Shown here in pieces: positions 38,996-40,590 of a stretch of DNA of 40,590 nucleotides; position 1 is the first letter of the stretch; the number at the start of each line of letters is the position of its first letter. The DNA is from an uncultured Bacilli bacterium (GTDB taxonomy: Bacteria > Bacillota_I > Bacilli_A > RF39 > UBA660). Made by a program: the position numbers and the translations under genes. The notes beneath the pieces are model-generated. The model was given only the letters and a program-made list of their open reading frames with translations, was not told where the DNA came from and did no database searches. The DNA is taken from positions 1 through 40,590 of the forward strand of contig CALVVK010000002.1 in the NCBI GenBank assembly GCA_944363825.1. The letters run 5' to 3'.

Positions 38996-40329
38996 TTTAC
39001 TTCACCAACTTTTTTTATTTCCTGTTTTGTAACCCTAATTATTTCTTTTTCTATTCCCTCACACATTTCCTTTTCAGATGGAAATATTTTACAAAATTCC
39101 ATACCTTTTTTTACTTTTTCTTTTCTAAGTTTTTTGTTTTTTAATAATTCAATTACTTTCTCTGCAATCTTTTCAGCAAATGGTTCTGCTAAAGTAATAT
39201 TTTCCCTACTACCATAATTAACTTCATTATCGTTAAAATCTAAATCAATTACTGCGGTACCACAAGATAACATTTCAAATGGCACTAAAGATGGGTTAGT
39301 TGTAGAAAATGCTAATCCTACTTCACATTTTCTATATAAATCACCTAATTCTTCTATAGTAGGTACTAAACCACAATTAACAAAATCAAAAGGTACATCA
39401 TTATATGAATTTGAATTTTCACCATAAAAGTATATTTTTGTTTCTGGCATTTTTTCTTTTACTATTGTTAATGCATTTAACCCTAACTTATAACATCTTC
39501 TTGGCATATTTGGTTTAGCAAAAAAAACTATACTATTTTTTTCTTTGGTTTCTCCATTATAAAAGTAAACGTTCCTGTTTAAAGGAAATCTAAAATAATA
39601 TCCATAATCAATTCCAAAATCTTTTTTTAGGAACGTTAATGGCCAAGGGCCAGATGTTATTGGGTATAACCCTAACTTGTAAGATTGATATGCCCGAATA
39701 AACTCATCTCCCATTGCAGTGAAATATGACTCATAATCTTGAATAAAATAAAAACATTTTTTTGCTTTGTTTTCGTTTTCTTTTACAATATACGCACTCT
39801 CATAATGTGTTGCAAAAAGCATGTCACATTCTTCTATATTATCAGTTCCATATATAATACTAGCACCCAAATCGAAAAAATTTTCTTTAATAAAATTATG
39901 GGCTTGTACACCGCTAATACATGGATCTGGACTAAAAGATAGTTTATAATCGATATATACAGTTACATCATGTTCTTGCGATGCTAGATATCTTATAACT
40001 CTATAAAAATTCCTATGTCCTCCCGATCCTTTAATTGGTCTAGGAATTATCCAACTTATTTTATACTTTCCCTTTTTTAATTTCTTTTTTACTATATAAT
40101 TACCTGTTTCTAAATTATCATCATTTGTAATAATATTTGTTTTTTCTTGTATATTAGTTATATTTTTTTTATTTACATCATTCCTTTTGAATATATGATA
40201 AATAGATTTAAATAATTTATAAATTAATTTTGTAATCCAATAGAATAATTTAATTACCCATTTTAAAAACTTCGGTAATTTACTATATATATAATAAGCT
40301 TTTTCTGCTAATGCTATTGCTTTATCCAT
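38992..40329 (-). CDS. GT-B fold glycosyltransferase (GT4/WsaF-like) with an N-terminal amphipathic extension
   Basis: 445 aa. It has SGGHRNFYRVIRYLASQEHDVTVYI (Rossmann-type N-terminal domain) and SLVPFEMLSCGTAVIDLD (GT-B C-terminal donor site). The first ~45 aa are hydrophobic/basic (FLKWVIKLFYWITKLIYKLF). Confidence 0.7.
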   Translation of the reverse strand: MDKAIALAEKAYYIYSKLPKFLKWVIKLFYWITKLIYKLFKSIYHIFKRNDVNKKNITNIQEKTNIITNDDNLETGNYIVKKKLKKGKYKISWIIPRPIKGSGGHRNFYRVIRYLASQEHDVTVYIDYKLSFSPDPCISGVQAHNFIKENFFDLGASIIYGTDNIEECDMLFATHYESAYIVKENENKAKKCFYFIQDYESYFTAMGDEFIRAYQSYKLGLYPITSGPWPLTFLKKDFGIDYGYYFRFPLNRNVYFYNGETKEKNSIVFFAKPNMPRRCYKLGLNALTIVKEKMPETKIYFYGENSNSYNDVPFDFVNCGLVPTIEELGDLYRKCEVGLAFSTTNPSLVPFEMLSCGTAVIDLDFNDNEVNYGSRENITLAEPFAEKIAEKVIELLKNKKLRKEKVKKGMEFCKIFPSEKEMCEGIEKEIIRVTKQEIKKVGEVK

Positions 40330-40349
40330 AAAAACCTCCTTAAACTCAC

Positions 40350-40383
40350 AAAAAGTATAATACTTTACTGACTTATACTTTTT
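40350..40383 (-). terminator. Possible AT-rich terminator or 5'-UTR hairpin upstream of the GT-B gene
   Basis: 10-bp inverted repeat AAAAAGTATA / TATACTTTTT with a 14-nt loop. It is all A/T and the loop is long, so it would be weak. Confidence 0.3.
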
Positions 40384-40470
40384 CTTTTAATTGTTCTTAT
40401 AATCATCATCTTTTCTTTAGATGGTAATATAGAATTTTTTATTCAATATTAATATTTTTTATTTACCTTT

Positions 40471-40590
40471 TTAGTGCTTATCGTTAATATTATTACCCGT
40501 TATCTCATTCATGGTTAAATAATTATAAAATATTTTCATCATCATATGATCAAATGTCATATGTAAGTCTTCAGCTATTTGCATATCATT
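40471..40590 (-). CDS. 3' end of a gene truncated by the window edge (unknown product)
   Basis: The minus-strand frame is open from the window edge (NDMQIAEDLHMTFDHMMMKIFYNYLTMNEITGNNINDKH) to a TAA at 40471-40473. It is too short to identify. Confidence 0.3.
   Translation of the reverse strand, partial: NDMQIAEDLHMTFDHMMMKIFYNYLTMNEITGNNINDKH

Overview
This 40.6 kb chromosomal segment comes from an AT-rich, low-GC Firmicute. TGA is used as a stop codon, and spoVA and sigF-type sporulation genes are present, so I infer a clostridial or Erysipelotrichia-like spore former. Almost every gene is on the minus strand, and most of the window is core housekeeping. Reading the minus-strand genes from the low-coordinate end upward: recA with a LexA (Cheo) box; sporulation genes ordered STAS protein, sigma factor, spoVAC, spoVAD, spoVAE; and an LCP wall-polymer ligase. 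Next come an orphan two-gene unit with its own promoter and a long translationally coupled operon (pcrA, nucleotidyltransferase, ligA, small membrane protein, degenerate GGDEF sensor, yihY). These are followed by ftsY, rnj (plus strand), a phosphodiester-glycosidase/PIG-L deacetylase pair and rny. The last ~15 kb (25.1-40.3 kb) is a markedly AT-richer wall-glycopolymer locus. It holds a GT-C enzyme, tagA, mnaA, a Wzy/ligase-like::GT4 fusion, two single GT2 genes, a double-GT2 gene, a 964-aa multidomain HAD-containing protein and a GT-B enzyme. No tRNA or rRNA gene, CRISPR array, transposase or integrase was seen. The most unusual items: (1) Two paralogous AAA+ ATPase/PD-(D/E)xK-type genes (COG1373/DUF4143-like) sit inside otherwise conserved operons. 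Each is preceded by diverged tandem repeats with a 32-nt period and by an ACAA-A-TTGT palindrome. (2) The STAS-sigma pair has no spoIIAB kinase gene, and the STAS protein appears to have Pro at the phospho-acceptor position. (3) The glycopolymer locus contains unusual fusion proteins, and a phased CTCGGTGCT x4 repeat lies upstream of mnaA. All functional calls come from motif recognition by eye; no database search was possible.
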